From: Balanoglossus misakiensis
Lineage: Eukaryota; Animalia; Hemichordata
Reading direction: 5' to 3'
DNA length: 64,000 nucleotides
NCBI GenBank assembly: GCA_040954595.2
Contig: CM082579.2
Span: 15,476,550-15,540,549, forward strand
The position numbers and the translations under genes were made by a program. Below, piece after piece: positions 15,001-25,947 of the stretch. Numbering within the stretch: position 1 is the stretch's first letter; every line of letters begins with the position of its first letter. The notes under the pieces are model-generated. The model ran no database searches and was not told the origin of the DNA. It saw only the letters and a program-made list of their open reading frames with translations.

Positions 15001-15436
15001 TACTATTTGGCATATAGGATATGTTGTTCCGTGTCATGCATCTCAAATCCACCAGCAGTTCCAAATGGGGCTTGGGCTTAATACAATGGAGGGCAGGGAG
15101 GCAAAACATCAGCGCCTTCTGGAATACAGCAATAATTCCACCCCTCAAAATAGATGGCCACTAATTTTCAGACATGAGTATGTATTGTTGTACTGGTTAC
15201 GCATGCGAGACCCCGCTTCAGATAACTACAGGGGGGATGGGAGGTCAAATGCCTCCAAAGTAATAAAGTACATCCCAGACAAATGCTTTGATGACCCATC
15301 ATACTGTTATTGTGGGAATGTAAAGGAAGAGTTGTCAAATTCCTGTGAAATATGCAGCAGTGAATTTATGTCAGAAATAAAACAGTCTGCAATTAGTGGT
15401 AAGATCTCAAAAAAACTAAAAAAAATAATGAAATAA
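12052..15436 (+). pseudogene. Spliced DDE transposase with RAG1/Transib-like core; one frameshift near 14350
   Basis: Exon 12052-12402 (basic, donor GAG|gtaagg) splices in phase 0 to 13230 (ttattaaag|ATT GCA GAT TTG), in frame with ORF 13239. That ORF shifts frame into ORF 14351-15436. Motifs in order: GADGAPFG, LPFDQK, IEPLHLKNN, FTGEESRKL, GLGLNTMEGREAKH, and a C-terminal CxC...CxxC. Confidence 0.8.
12628..13197. repeat. Intronic minisatellite, 69-bp unit, about 8 copies
   Basis: gtttgaccttggcatgacactggggtttccattcatgtgtattgcttgctcatgtgacatggcctccat repeats in tandem inside the transposase intron (12403-13229). Confidence 0.95.
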
Positions 15437-15856
15437 AATGTGAAAGTTTGAATTTCATGATTCAAAACAATTATTACTGTACATGAAATGTACCAGATAG
15501 TTTTAGATTTGTATATAACTGTAAGAGAGTTTGTTGTAAATAATCTTTCATTATGAATGTCACAGATTTTGTGCTGCTTGTATTGTATTGTTCAAAATAT
15601 GTATATAGCTTTTTAATCATCCTTTGAAACTAGCTGCTTATATCAGCTCTGTAGATAACCATGTTTCAAAATAAGTGAATAAAAACTGAATGATAAATGA
15701 TTCACCCACAGCTATTCAGTTCCTATAAAACATGTTTTTCTTTTTTAATTTTGCTTGGACATGCAACGATGCATGAATTCAAATGGACTGACAAAAAGTA
15801 ATATAGTCAGTTCCAAGAACATGAAAAAAAATTTCAACAACAGTCTAAATATGATT

Positions 15857-16477
15857 TCACAAATGCTGAGCAACACCATGTTTGTTCCAGCATCCAAAAT
15901 GGAAATGTATTGTCACTGTCTCGGCTGATTTCCTGTATCTGACAATCATAGGTTTATCTTCGGTGCAGATAACTTCCACCCGCTTACCCTTTACTGTCTT
16001 CACCAGAAGTTGTTGGTTTTCATAGTTGACACCTCTACCCAGCACGTAATTCACTTTGTTGATCCAGGTAAATCGAAAGGTAGCAATACATGGAGTTTCC
16101 CGATCATAAATTCCCATTGAATTACGGGTAGCGCACTTTCGAAATACATCGAAAACTTCCATAGGAACATTCCTACCAAAACTGCACTTCCATGGGTTGC
16201 GCACTGAGGGTGATGGCTTCATTCTCTGCATAATTGTTGAGCGCCAGTGACACATCTCCCGTTCGAATACAGGATACACCGGAATCTGCTGCATCTTCGC
16301 AAGCTCCACCATCGTTGCACTACGTTTGCGAACTGTTACATCAACAGCAGCATCGAGATCATCAAAACAATCATGTAGGTTGATGGAACGGTCGATATTT
16401 GTCCTCAATAACTGAAATTTGGCCTCACGCAGCTTACGTTTCACTGTTTTAGAAACATCGATCATGGACGCCGCCAT
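15857..16477 (-). CDS. Uncharacterised 206-aa protein, transposon accessory gene convergent with the transposase
   Basis: Uninterrupted ORF with a strong start context (aaaATGGCGGCG) 105 bp inside the right TIR. Composition looks globular; no domain recognised. Confidence 0.7.
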   Translation of the reverse strand: MAASMIDVSKTVKRKLREAKFQLLRTNIDRSINLHDCFDDLDAAVDVTVRKRSATMVELAKMQQIPVYPVFEREMCHWRSTIMQRMKPSPSVRNPWKCSFGRNVPMEVFDVFRKCATRNSMGIYDRETPCIATFRFTWINKVNYVLGRGVNYENQQLLVKTVKGKRVEVICTEDKPMIVRYRKSAETVTIHFHFGCWNKHGVAQHL

Positions 16478-16542
16478 TTTGTATATACGATGCTAGGAAC
16501 GTGACCCCAGCATATGACCTCAATTAACATATTTCCGCTTCG

Positions 16543-16582
16543 CGGAATAGCGGACAAATGAACACACTTCTGGGCCGCAGTG
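16543..16582 (-). repeat. Right terminal inverted repeat
   Basis: cggaatagcggacaaatgaacacacttctgggccgcagtg, followed by the CTG target duplication. Confidence 0.8.
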
Positions 16583-16585
16583 CTG

Positions 16586-17195
16586 CATTTTTGGAGTGGT
16601 CGAAAGTTTTAACATACAATCAACATGTCATATATGATCAGGGCACCAAATTCGAAGAACAAAGGTTTTTTTATTTTTTTTCTAAAAATGACATTTTCAA
16701 GGAAAATTTGGTAAAACGCAATTTCGTCTGCAGTGAGCCAAATTAGACTGTATTTTGTGGAATTTGTATCGATATATACATACGAAGAGCATTCTATACT
16801 CCATCAGATTTCCGAAAATGTAGAAAACAGGTATTTTTTGTAATTTTCAAAAATTTACCATTTTGACCAAATTGTGGCTAAAATTGTTATTTTCGTGTTG
16901 AATGCCGCCAGTGTCACTGCTTTTAAAAGTCATCAAAACTTTTAACATACAAGCAATTGTTTATATATGATCAGGTCACCGAATTAAAAAAATAAAGAAT
17001 GTTTTCCCTAAAAATGACCTTTTTGGTGCAAAAACGAATAAAACGCAATTTTGTATTAAATCAGCTCATTCAGAGTGCATTTTTTATAATCAGCACCATT
17101 TTTTACATATAATGGAAATTTCATACATCATCAGATATCCAAATATGAAAAAATGATTTAGATTTTAGATGATTGTCCAAAATTAGCTGATATCT
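16586..17195. repeat. AT-rich dispersed repeat fragment; the first ~390 bp are near-identical to ~23594-23984
   Basis: catttttggagtggtcgaaagttttaacatacaatc...tatatatgatcagg occurs at both places. The motif aatcagcaccatttt...ttcatacatcatc resembles internal repeats of the 51348-54354 element. Confidence 0.8.
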
Positions 17196-17440
17196 AATAA
17201 ATGTAGTATTGAACCGTTCCGTCCCCCCCCTACATTATATGCGGTACGCCGATGTCAGCTTACCCGGCAGTACTGCAGGCCGTGCCCCCAACTAACGTCG
17301 GTGTTTGAAACGCCCTGTTAAATTCGGGCTCTCTCTATAAATTGACAGGCAATAATGCAGTCCTACCCGAACAAATGTCGAGTGTTGACCCGCTGTGACT
17401 TTCCCTCTTCGGTTTGCCCGACTTAGCCAACGTCTTTGTA

Positions 17441-18542
17441 CTAGAGTGTCGGGTCTTTTGCAGAGCCAGGCCGAAGGAAATCCGAGTAGATCAACGTGGT
17501 CTCTGTACGCGTGTTTCTGCTCTAGAGTGTCGGGTCTTTTGCAGAGCCAGGCCTAAGGAATTCCGACTTGATCAACGTTGCTAACGAACGCTAGTGTCTG
17601 TCATGGTGTGCCGGGGTTTTAGTCGAGCCAGGCCGTAGGAGATCTGACTTGATCATCGTGGTCAATGTACGCGTGTTTCCGCTCTAAAGTGCCGGGGCTT
17701 CAGCTAAACCAGGCCGTAGGAAATCCGACGTAATCACCGTTGATAACTTCCGCCAGTCTGTGTCATATAGAGCCGGTGCACCAGCCGAGTCACGCCGTAG
17801 GAAATCTGACTTGATCAACGTGGTCAATGTACGCCTGTTTCTGCTCTAGAGTGCAGGGGCTTCAGCTAAACCAGGCCGTAGGAAATCCGACGTAATCACC
17901 GTTGATAACTTACGCCAGTCTGTGTCATATAGAGCCGGTGCACCAGCCGAGTCACGCCGTAGGAAATCTGACTTGATCAACGTGGTCAATGTACGCCTGT
18001 TTCTGCTCTAGAGTGCCGGGGCTTCAGCTGAGCCAGGCCGTAGGAAACCCGACGTGATTACCGTTGTTAACTTACGCCAGTCTGTGTCCTATATGTAGTG
18101 CCGGGGCATCAGCCGTGCCAGGCCGAAGGAAATGTGAGTAGATCATCGTGGTCTCTGTACGCGTGTTTCTGGTCTATAGTGCCAGGGCTTTAGCTAAGCC
18201 ATGCCGTAGGAAATATGACTTGATCAACGTTGCTTACTAACGCTAGTGTCTGTCATAGTGTGCCGGGGTTTTAGTCGAGCCAAGCCGTAGGAGATCAGAC
18301 TTGATCAACGTGCTCTCTGTACGCGTGTTTCTGCTCTAGAGTGCCGGGGCTTTATCCAAGCCATGCCGTAGAAAATCTGACTTGATCACCGTTGCTAACG
18401 TACGCTAGTGTCTGTCATATTGTGACGGAGATTTAGCCGAGCCAGGCAGTAGAAAAATCGACTTGTTCAACGTTAACAGTGTGCAACTGTTTCTGCTCTA
18501 GAGTGTCAGGGTTTTAGCCGACTTATGCTGTAGGAAATCTTA
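17441..18542. repeat. CpG-rich tandem repeat, ~81-bp unit with alternating A/B (162-bp) higher order, about 13-14 copies
   Basis: ctagagtg(t/c)cgggg...ccaggccgtaggaaatc(c/t)gacttgatca(a/c)cgt recurs at 17441, 17522, 17602 and 17684; the dimer period is 17684 to 17846. Confidence 0.9.
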
Positions 18543-18619
18543 GTTGATGAACGGGAATTCAATGTTAGAAAACCCGTGTGGAAAGTATCTCTACCCGTTT
18601 GAAACTAAGAAAAGAATTT

Positions 18620-21600
18620 ATTACGGGCCCAAGCCAAGCCAGGCTTGGGCCCGTATTGGTTTCGTTGGAATTTTTAGGGCTCAAGCGCATACCAGCGCTT
18701 GGGCCCTATTGGTTTCGTTGGGGTTTTTAGGGCCCAAGCGCATACCAGCGCTTGGGCCCTATTGGTTTCGTTGGGGTTTTTCTTTCTTCTTTCTTTCTTT
18801 CTTTATTCTTGTGTCAATTCTTTGTCGCTCTAGATCTCAGACACCGCTGCAGGTACACTTCTGAAACTTGCTACAGTGGTCAAGGTCAATGAGTAGTCGT
18901 GCATTGAACCTGTGAATTTTTAATTAGTCACGTGACCTGGCGGCCATATTGGATTTTCTGAAAAAATGCAAATCTCAGATCTCAGAAACTACAAGTCAGA
19001 TCGACTTCAAATTTGGTGTGCAGGTAGTCTACCTTCTACCCATCATTTTTGTAATTGGATATTTTGCTGTAAATGTTGCAGTTTTTTTGCTACAATTTTT
19101 TTTCTGAAATCTGGCTTTAATTTCAAAAATCTTCTTCTCCAGAACCGGTGATAACTGAGTCACGCGGTTTGGGGTATGTGGTCACCTAACAGATGTCTAT
19201 CAAGTTTGCGAAGATCATTGTGATTGGTCGAAGATTATGGCGGCCATATTGGATTTTCGAAAAACCATAGTAAAACTTCAAAAATCTTCTTCTCAAGAAC
19301 GGGCGATAACCGAGTCACAAGATTTGGTGTGTGTGGTCATTGAACAGGTGTCTATCAAGTTTGCGAAGGGGAATGTGATTGGTCGAAGATTATGGCGGCC
19401 ATATTGGATTTTGTGAAAAACGATTAAAAAGTAAAAATTCCTTTTCTAGCCTAAAAATTGATAGCACAGAAATTCTTTTTATGGATATGAATCATCATAT
19501 GACAAGAATAAGCTATAAATATTTTGGTAATTTTGGCAATGACCTTTGACCTACTTTTGACGCATCATTTTTCTGCATATCTAATTCCAGGCTTACCAAT
19601 AGGGCTATAAGTTTGGTTTTTGATGTATGTGGATTTGTATGTGATCAAAAAATGTTGCTACTTTTCATGACCCCTTTGACCTCTGGTGACCTCATTAAAT
19701 ATGCGCATACCTAATTAATGATGAACCAATAGACCTAGAGGTTTTGCTTTTGTTATACATGGACCAGTATGGGGTCAAAATATTTTGCCCAAATGTTGGG
19801 TGACCTCGGGTGACCTTTGACCTACTTTTGCATATCTCGACATCCACAGCAGATACAACCTTGGCGTTTGGAGGTATGGGGCCATAATGAAAAGCCAAAG
19901 TTTTGGGTCACCTGTGACACCTGCTTAACTCATTATTTATGTGCATACCTAATTCCGGGCTAACCAAAACGGCTAGAGGTCTGGTTTTTGTTGGACATGG
20001 ACCACTATGGGTCAAAATTTTCTGCCCAAATTTTGGGTGACCTCAGATGACCTTTGACCTACTTAACACTATATCAGCACCAAACATAGATATAACCATG
20101 ATATTTCATGGGATAAAACACAGCATTATATTTCTACTCATTAATTATGTGCATATCTAATAATCTGATCAGATAATAGAGCTTGGGCCCGGACAATGCT
20201 GCTTGCAGCTTTAATTCTGTCTTTCCTTCTTTCTTCTTTCTTCTTTCTTTATTCTTGTGTCAATTCTTTGTCGCTCTAGATCTCAGACACCACTGCAGGT
20301 ACACTTCTCAAACTTGCTACAGTGGTCAAGGTCAATGAGTAGATGTGCATTGAACCCTTGAATTTTTAATTAGTCACGTGACCTGGCGGCCATATTAGAT
20401 TTTCTGAAAAAATGCAAATCTCAGATCTCAGAAACTACAAGTCAGATCGACTTCAAACTTGGTGTGCAGGTAGTCTACCTTCTACCCATCATTTTTGTAA
20501 TTGGATATTTTGCTGTCAATGTTGCAGTTTTTTTGCTACAGTTGTTTTTCTGAAATCTGGTCAAAATTTCAAAAATCTTCTTCTCCAGAACCGGCGATAA
20601 CCGAGTCACGCGGTTTGGGGTATGTGGTCACCAAACTGAGGTCTATCAAGTTTGCGAAGATCATTGTGATTGGTGGAAGATTATGGCGGCCATATTGGAT
20701 TTTCGAAAAACCCTAGTAAAATTTCAAAAATCTTCTTCTCAAGAACCGGCGATAACCGAGTCACAAGATTTGGTGTGTGTGGTCATTAAACAGATGTCTA
20801 TCAAGTTTGCGAAGATCATTGTGATTGGTCGAAGATTTTGGCGGCCATATTGGATTTTGTGAACAACGATTAAAAAGTAAAAATTCTGTTTCTAGCCTAA
20901 AAATTGATAGCAAAGAAATTCTTTTTATGGATATGAATCATCATATGACAAGAATAAGCTATAAATATTTTGGTAATTTTGGCAATGACCTTTGACCTAC
21001 TTTTGACGCATCATTTTTCTGCATATCTAATTCCAGGCTAACCAATAGGGCTATAAGTTTGGTTTTAGATGTATGTGGATTTGTATGTGATCAAAAAATT
21101 TTGCTACTTTTCATGACCCCTTTGACCTCTGCTGACCTCATTAAATATGCATATACCTAATTACAGATGAACCAATAGACCTAGAGGTTTTGTTTTTGTT
21201 ATACATGGACCAGTATGGGGTCAAAATATTTTGCCCAAATGTTGGGTGACCTCGGGTGACCTTTGACCTACTTTTGCATATCTCGACATCCACACCAGAT
21301 ACAGCCTTGGCGTTTGGAGGTATGGGGCCATAATGAAAAGCCAAAGTTTTGGGTCACCTGTGACACCTGCTTTACTCATTAAATATGCACATACCTAATT
21401 ACAGATGAACCTATAGACCTAGAGGTTTTGTTTTTGTTATACATGGACCACTACGGGTCAAAATTTTCTACCCAAATTTTGGGTGACCTCAGATGACCTT
21501 TGACCTACTTTTGCATATCTCAGCATCCAAAGCAGGTACAACCTTGGCGTTTGGAGGTATGGGGCCATAATGAAAAGCCAAAGTTGTGGGGTCACCTGTG

Positions 21601-23340
21601 ACACCTGCTTTACGCATTATTTATGTGCATACCTAATTCCGGGTTAACCAAAAGGGCTAGAGGTCTGGTTTTTGTTGGACATTGACCACTATGGGTCAAA
21701 ATATTCTGCCCAAATTGTGGGTGACCCCTGGGTGACCTTTGACCTACTTAACACTATATCAGCACCAAACATAGATATAACCTTGATATTTCATGGGATA
21801 AAACACTGCATTATGTTTCTACTCATTAATTATGTGCATATCTAATAATCAGATCAGATAATAGAGCTTGGGCCCGGACAATGCTGCTTGCAGCTTTAAT
21901 TCTTTCTTTCTTTCTTTCTTTCTTTATTCTTGTGTCAATTCTTTGACCCACGAGATCTCAGACACCGCTGCAGGTACACTTCTGAAACTTGCTACAGTAG
22001 TCAAGGTCAATGAGTAGTCGTGCATTGAACCCTTGAATTTTTAATTAGTCACGTGACCTGGCGGCCATCTTGGATTTTCTGAAAAAAAGCAAATCTCAGA
22101 TCTCAGAAACTACAAGTCAGATCGACTTCAAATTTGGCGTGCAGGTAGATTTCATTCTGCCCATCATTTTTGTAAATAGAAATTATGCTGTCAATGTTGC
22201 AATTTTTTTGCTACAATTTTTTTTCTGAAATCTGGCTTAAATTTCAAAAATCTTCTTCTCCAGAACCGGTGATAACCGAGACACAGGGTTTGGTGTATGT
22301 GGTCACCTAACTGATGTCTATCAAGTTTGCGAAGATCATTGTGATTGGTCGAAGATTTTGGCGGCCATATTGGATTTTCGAAAAACCCTAGTAAAATTTC
22401 AAAAATCTTCTTCTCAAGAACCGGCGATAACCGAGTCACAAGATTTGGTGTGTGTGGTCATTAAACAGATGTCTATCAAGTTTGCAAAGAGCATTGTGAT
22501 TGGTCGAAGATTATGGCGGCCATATTGGATTTTGTGAAAAACGATTAAAAAGTAAAAATTCCCTTTCTAGCCTAAAAATTGATAGCACAGAAATTCTTTT
22601 TATGGATATGAATCATCATATGACTACAATGTGCTATAAATATTTTGGTAATTTTGGCAATGACCTTTGACCTACTTTTGACGCATCATTTTTTTGCATA
22701 TCTAATTCCAGGCTAACCAATAGGGCTATAAGTTAGGTTTTTCATGTATGTGGATTAGTGTGTGATCAAAATATTTTGCTACTTTTCATGACCCCATTGA
22801 CCCCTGCTGACCTCATTAATTATGTGCATAGCTAATTACAGGCGAACCAATAGACCTAGAGGTTTTGTTTTTGTAGGACAGGACAAGTATGGGGTCAAAA
22901 TTTTTTACCCAAATGTTGGGTGACCTCTGGTGACCTTTGACCTACTTTCGCAAATCTCAGCATCCACAGCAGATACAGCCTTGGCGTTTGGAGGTATGGG
23001 GCCATAATGAAAAGCCAAAGTTTTTGGTCATCTGTGACACCTGCTTAACTCATTATTTATGTGCATACCTAATTCCGGGCTAACCAAAAGGGGTAGAGGT
23101 CTGTTTTTTGTTGGACATGGACCACTATGGGTCAAAATTTTCTGCCCAAATTGTGGGTGACCTCTGGGTGACCTTTGACCTACTTAACACTATATCAGCA
23201 CCAAACATAGATATAACCTTGATATTTCATGGGATAAAACACAGCATTATGTTTCTACTCATTAATTACGTGCATATCTAATAATCAGATCAGTTAATAG
23301 AGCTTGGGCCCGGACAATGCTGCTTGCAGCTTTAATTCTT
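18620..23340 (+). mobile_element. Head-to-tail trimer of a non-autonomous Helentron/HINE (DINE-1-like) element
   Basis: 5' hairpin gggcccaagc..gcttgggccc (18625-18652, repeated three times), then a (TTTC)n tract and internal core repeats. The 3' subterminal IR gcttgggccc plus stem-loop gctgcttgcagc occurs at 20181, 21866 and 23302. Flanks are T-rich. Confidence 0.8.
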
Positions 23341-23341
23341 A

Positions 23342-23984
23342 TTTATTTTGTAAAAAAGACAATTTTTCGAGAGAAAAAAAGTCGAAAATGGTAATTTTTT
23401 CTTGGGTGATTCAAATTATACCGCCTTTTCTGGAATTTGCAGCACTTTTTACAAGAGAACGACACTTCATGCTCCATAACATTTCCGAAAATGAAGAAAA
23501 GAGTTATTTTTTTAGGATTTTTCAAAAATTTACCATTTTTGTCAAAATATGGCCAAAATGGCTATTTTTACTTGAATTCCGTCAATATCTTTGCATTTTT
23601 GGAGTGGTCGAAAGTTTTAACATACAATCAACATGTCATATATGATCAGGGCACCAAATTCGAAGAACAAAGGTTTTTTTTATTTTTTTTTCTAAAAATG
23701 ACATTTTCAAGGAAAATTTGGTAAAACGCAATTTTGTCTGCAGTGAGCCAAAGTAGACGGTCTTTTGTGGAATTTGTATCGATATATACATACGAAGAGC
23801 ATTCTATACTCCATCAGATTTCCGAGAATGTAGAAAACAGGTATTTTTGTAATTTTCAAAAATTTACCATTTTGTCCAAATTGTGGCTAAAATTGTTATT
23901 TTCGTGTTGAATGCCGCCAGTGTCACTGCTTTTAAAAGTCATAAAAACTTTTAACATACAAGCAATTGTTTATATATGATCAGG
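23342..23984. repeat. Second copy of the AT-rich dispersed repeat, interrupted by the Gypsy LTR
   Basis: Identity with 16586-16975 stops at tatatgatcagg|tgtgac. Confidence 0.8.
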
Positions 23985-24718
23985 TGTGACGATATTCTGT
24001 GATTTAGCATAATTGTATGTACTTGTAATTGTCTCTCTAGAGTTTACGCCCTCGGTGGTGAGATTTAGTATATTGAATACGTGTGTTTTAGTAGCTTGGG
24101 GAGTCTTGAGGACCACCTGGTCTGACTACTTCCTAGGGGATTTGATTTGATGGCAGCCATAGCGTTTGACGTGTATGATTTTGGATCCATAGACATCCTC
24201 CAACCATGTGAGTTTTGACTATCACTTTTCATCTCAACCTGTGGTATATTTTAAGAACCCAACACACTACACTGAATTGATGTCGAAATGTTTTGAAATT
24301 GGGCGTTTAGCCGTATGGAACTTTGATCTGTCAATGGACATTGATGGTGTGGAATAAATGTGCGGTGACGTCTCGGTGTACTTTGGCAAGTGCACGAAGA
24401 GTATCTGCGTCGCGGTCAAGTCGGACAGGAGGAAGACCTGGATGAATTACCAGACTCCACATGCATGCCAACGAGGACGATGTTTGTCGGACTTTATTTA
24501 TTAGATTCAAGTTAAGTTAAGATAAGTTAAGATTGTAACGGATTATTTTCATAAGTTTGACCACGTGGCGTTTTGATTGTCATGTCTGTATATGGTATTT
24601 TGATGTACGAGTAATATTTTCATGATTAGTAATTAAATCCCCAGGTGGAATATATTTTCGTAGATTTGATCGTTCGATTCGATTTGTCTAGTTCACGTAT
24701 GGCCGTCGATGCGTGACA
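23985..24718 (+). mobile_element. 5' LTR of a Gypsy (Gmr1-like) retrotransposon
   Basis: TGTGACG...CGTGACA termini. It starts where the host repeat breaks and is followed directly by a PBS. Confidence 0.8.
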
Positions 24719-24736
24719 TGGGGGCTCGTCCGGGAT
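24719..24736 (+). promoter_or_regulatory. Primer binding site, tRNA-Pro
   Basis: TGGGGGCTCGTCCGGGAT is the 18-nt complement of the tRNA-Pro 3' end. Confidence 0.92.
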
Positions 24737-24809
24737 ATTAACCGTAGTATTAGTTACGTAGTATAGATTGTGGTATAGATTTATTTTTGAGTATAAATAT
24801 AGAAGAAAC

Positions 24810-25271
24810 ATGGATATCGCAGAATTTATTGAGTCACCATCCCTTGCCGGATTGGAAGCATGTAAAAAGGTGGATTTAATTGAGATTGCAAACAAACTTG
24901 AGCTCAGCGTGAAAACTTCCATGCGTAAAGATGAAATTAAGCGTATCATTGTTGCATTTCTGGTCGATGAGGATAAATTGCCACTAGATGCTTTAATTCA
25001 GTATCCTGAAATTGAAGAAAAGTCGACAAATGCGGATTTGCGTCTGATGGAATTAAAAATGGAATTTGAATTGAAGGAGAAATTGAAATTAAAAGAAATT
25101 GAAATGCAGGAAAAATTGAAATTAAAAGAATTCGAAATTAGAGTAAAAGAAATTGAAACTGCGGAAAAGATGAAAATAAAAGAAATGGAAATGAGAAATA
25201 ATCTTGAGAGAGAGTCAATGGGTCTTCAACCAGATGTAAGAAATAACACGATTGGAAATATTTTGGGATAA
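24810..25271 (+). pseudogene. gag: Truncated Gypsy gag N-terminus
   Basis: MDIAEFIESPSLAGLEACKKVDLIEIANKL...RKDEIKRII followed by an E/K-rich coiled coil, 74 bp after the PBS. No pol or 3' LTR follows. Confidence 0.75.
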
Positions 25272-25947
25272 TTGGATTTGGAACAGTTTGCCAAAAATGA
25301 TGGAAAAATATGTTACCAGACTGTAATTTTCACTACAGGCTGAGTTAAATTGCTTAATTTAAACCACTCTGCTGTGCAATTAAATTTCTTTCATTTTTTT
25401 TCATATTATCTAGCCAAACGTAACACTTTTAGAAATGTCAAAGAATATATATATAATGAAAAATTGAAAAGCTTCCACTATCATAGAATAATGTCTACAT
25501 GTATGAAATTACATTTTTTTCATCATTTACCTATTTTTAATGTTTGAGTGTTGTCAGACCACAATTTTTTTCAAAGTAATAATCAGTACTTTGAAAGGAT
25601 GATGCCAGTTCATTGTAATCTCTCTAATTTTGTCAACCTGCCATTTTTAACATGGCGTAAATGTTTACAAAATTAAGATATTTTATACTTTTGATATCTT
25701 TACCAAAATGAGACAAAGAAAACTAGCTTAAATTACAGTATTTTATTCAATCTACTCAAACAATGCACTATATTTTGGTAGCTGGTAAAATATTTGACTT
25801 AAAATGACATTGTAGCATTAAATTGAATCTAAATATGTGCAACTGTTGAAAAATCTATCTAATAAATGGTATATGATGGAACAAAATGTAGCTATAAAAT
25901 CAAACAAGGAAAAATGGTCAAAAATATACAATAGGAACTTGTGCTTA

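Larger units (their letters stand above)
11017..16582 (+). mobile_element. CMC-group (CACTA/Chapaev/Transib-related) DNA transposon, 5566 bp, carrying two convergent genes
   Basis: Left end CACTACAGCCCAGTGTGCGCCATCTTTGTCCGATATTTCCG; right end (reverse complement) CACTGCGGCCCAGAAGTGTGTTCATTTGTCCGCTATTCCG. CTG is duplicated at 11014-11016 and 16583-16585. A transposase-like ORF lies inside. Confidence 0.85.

Noticed and set aside
15857-16477. RAG2-like gene
   Set aside because: It is too short and shows no kelch GG repeats or PHD Cys/His pattern. The analogy to RAG2L is positional only.
18544-23724. Several 60-113 aa ORFs
   Set aside because: They recur with the HINE and AT-rich repeat units and show no protein motifs.
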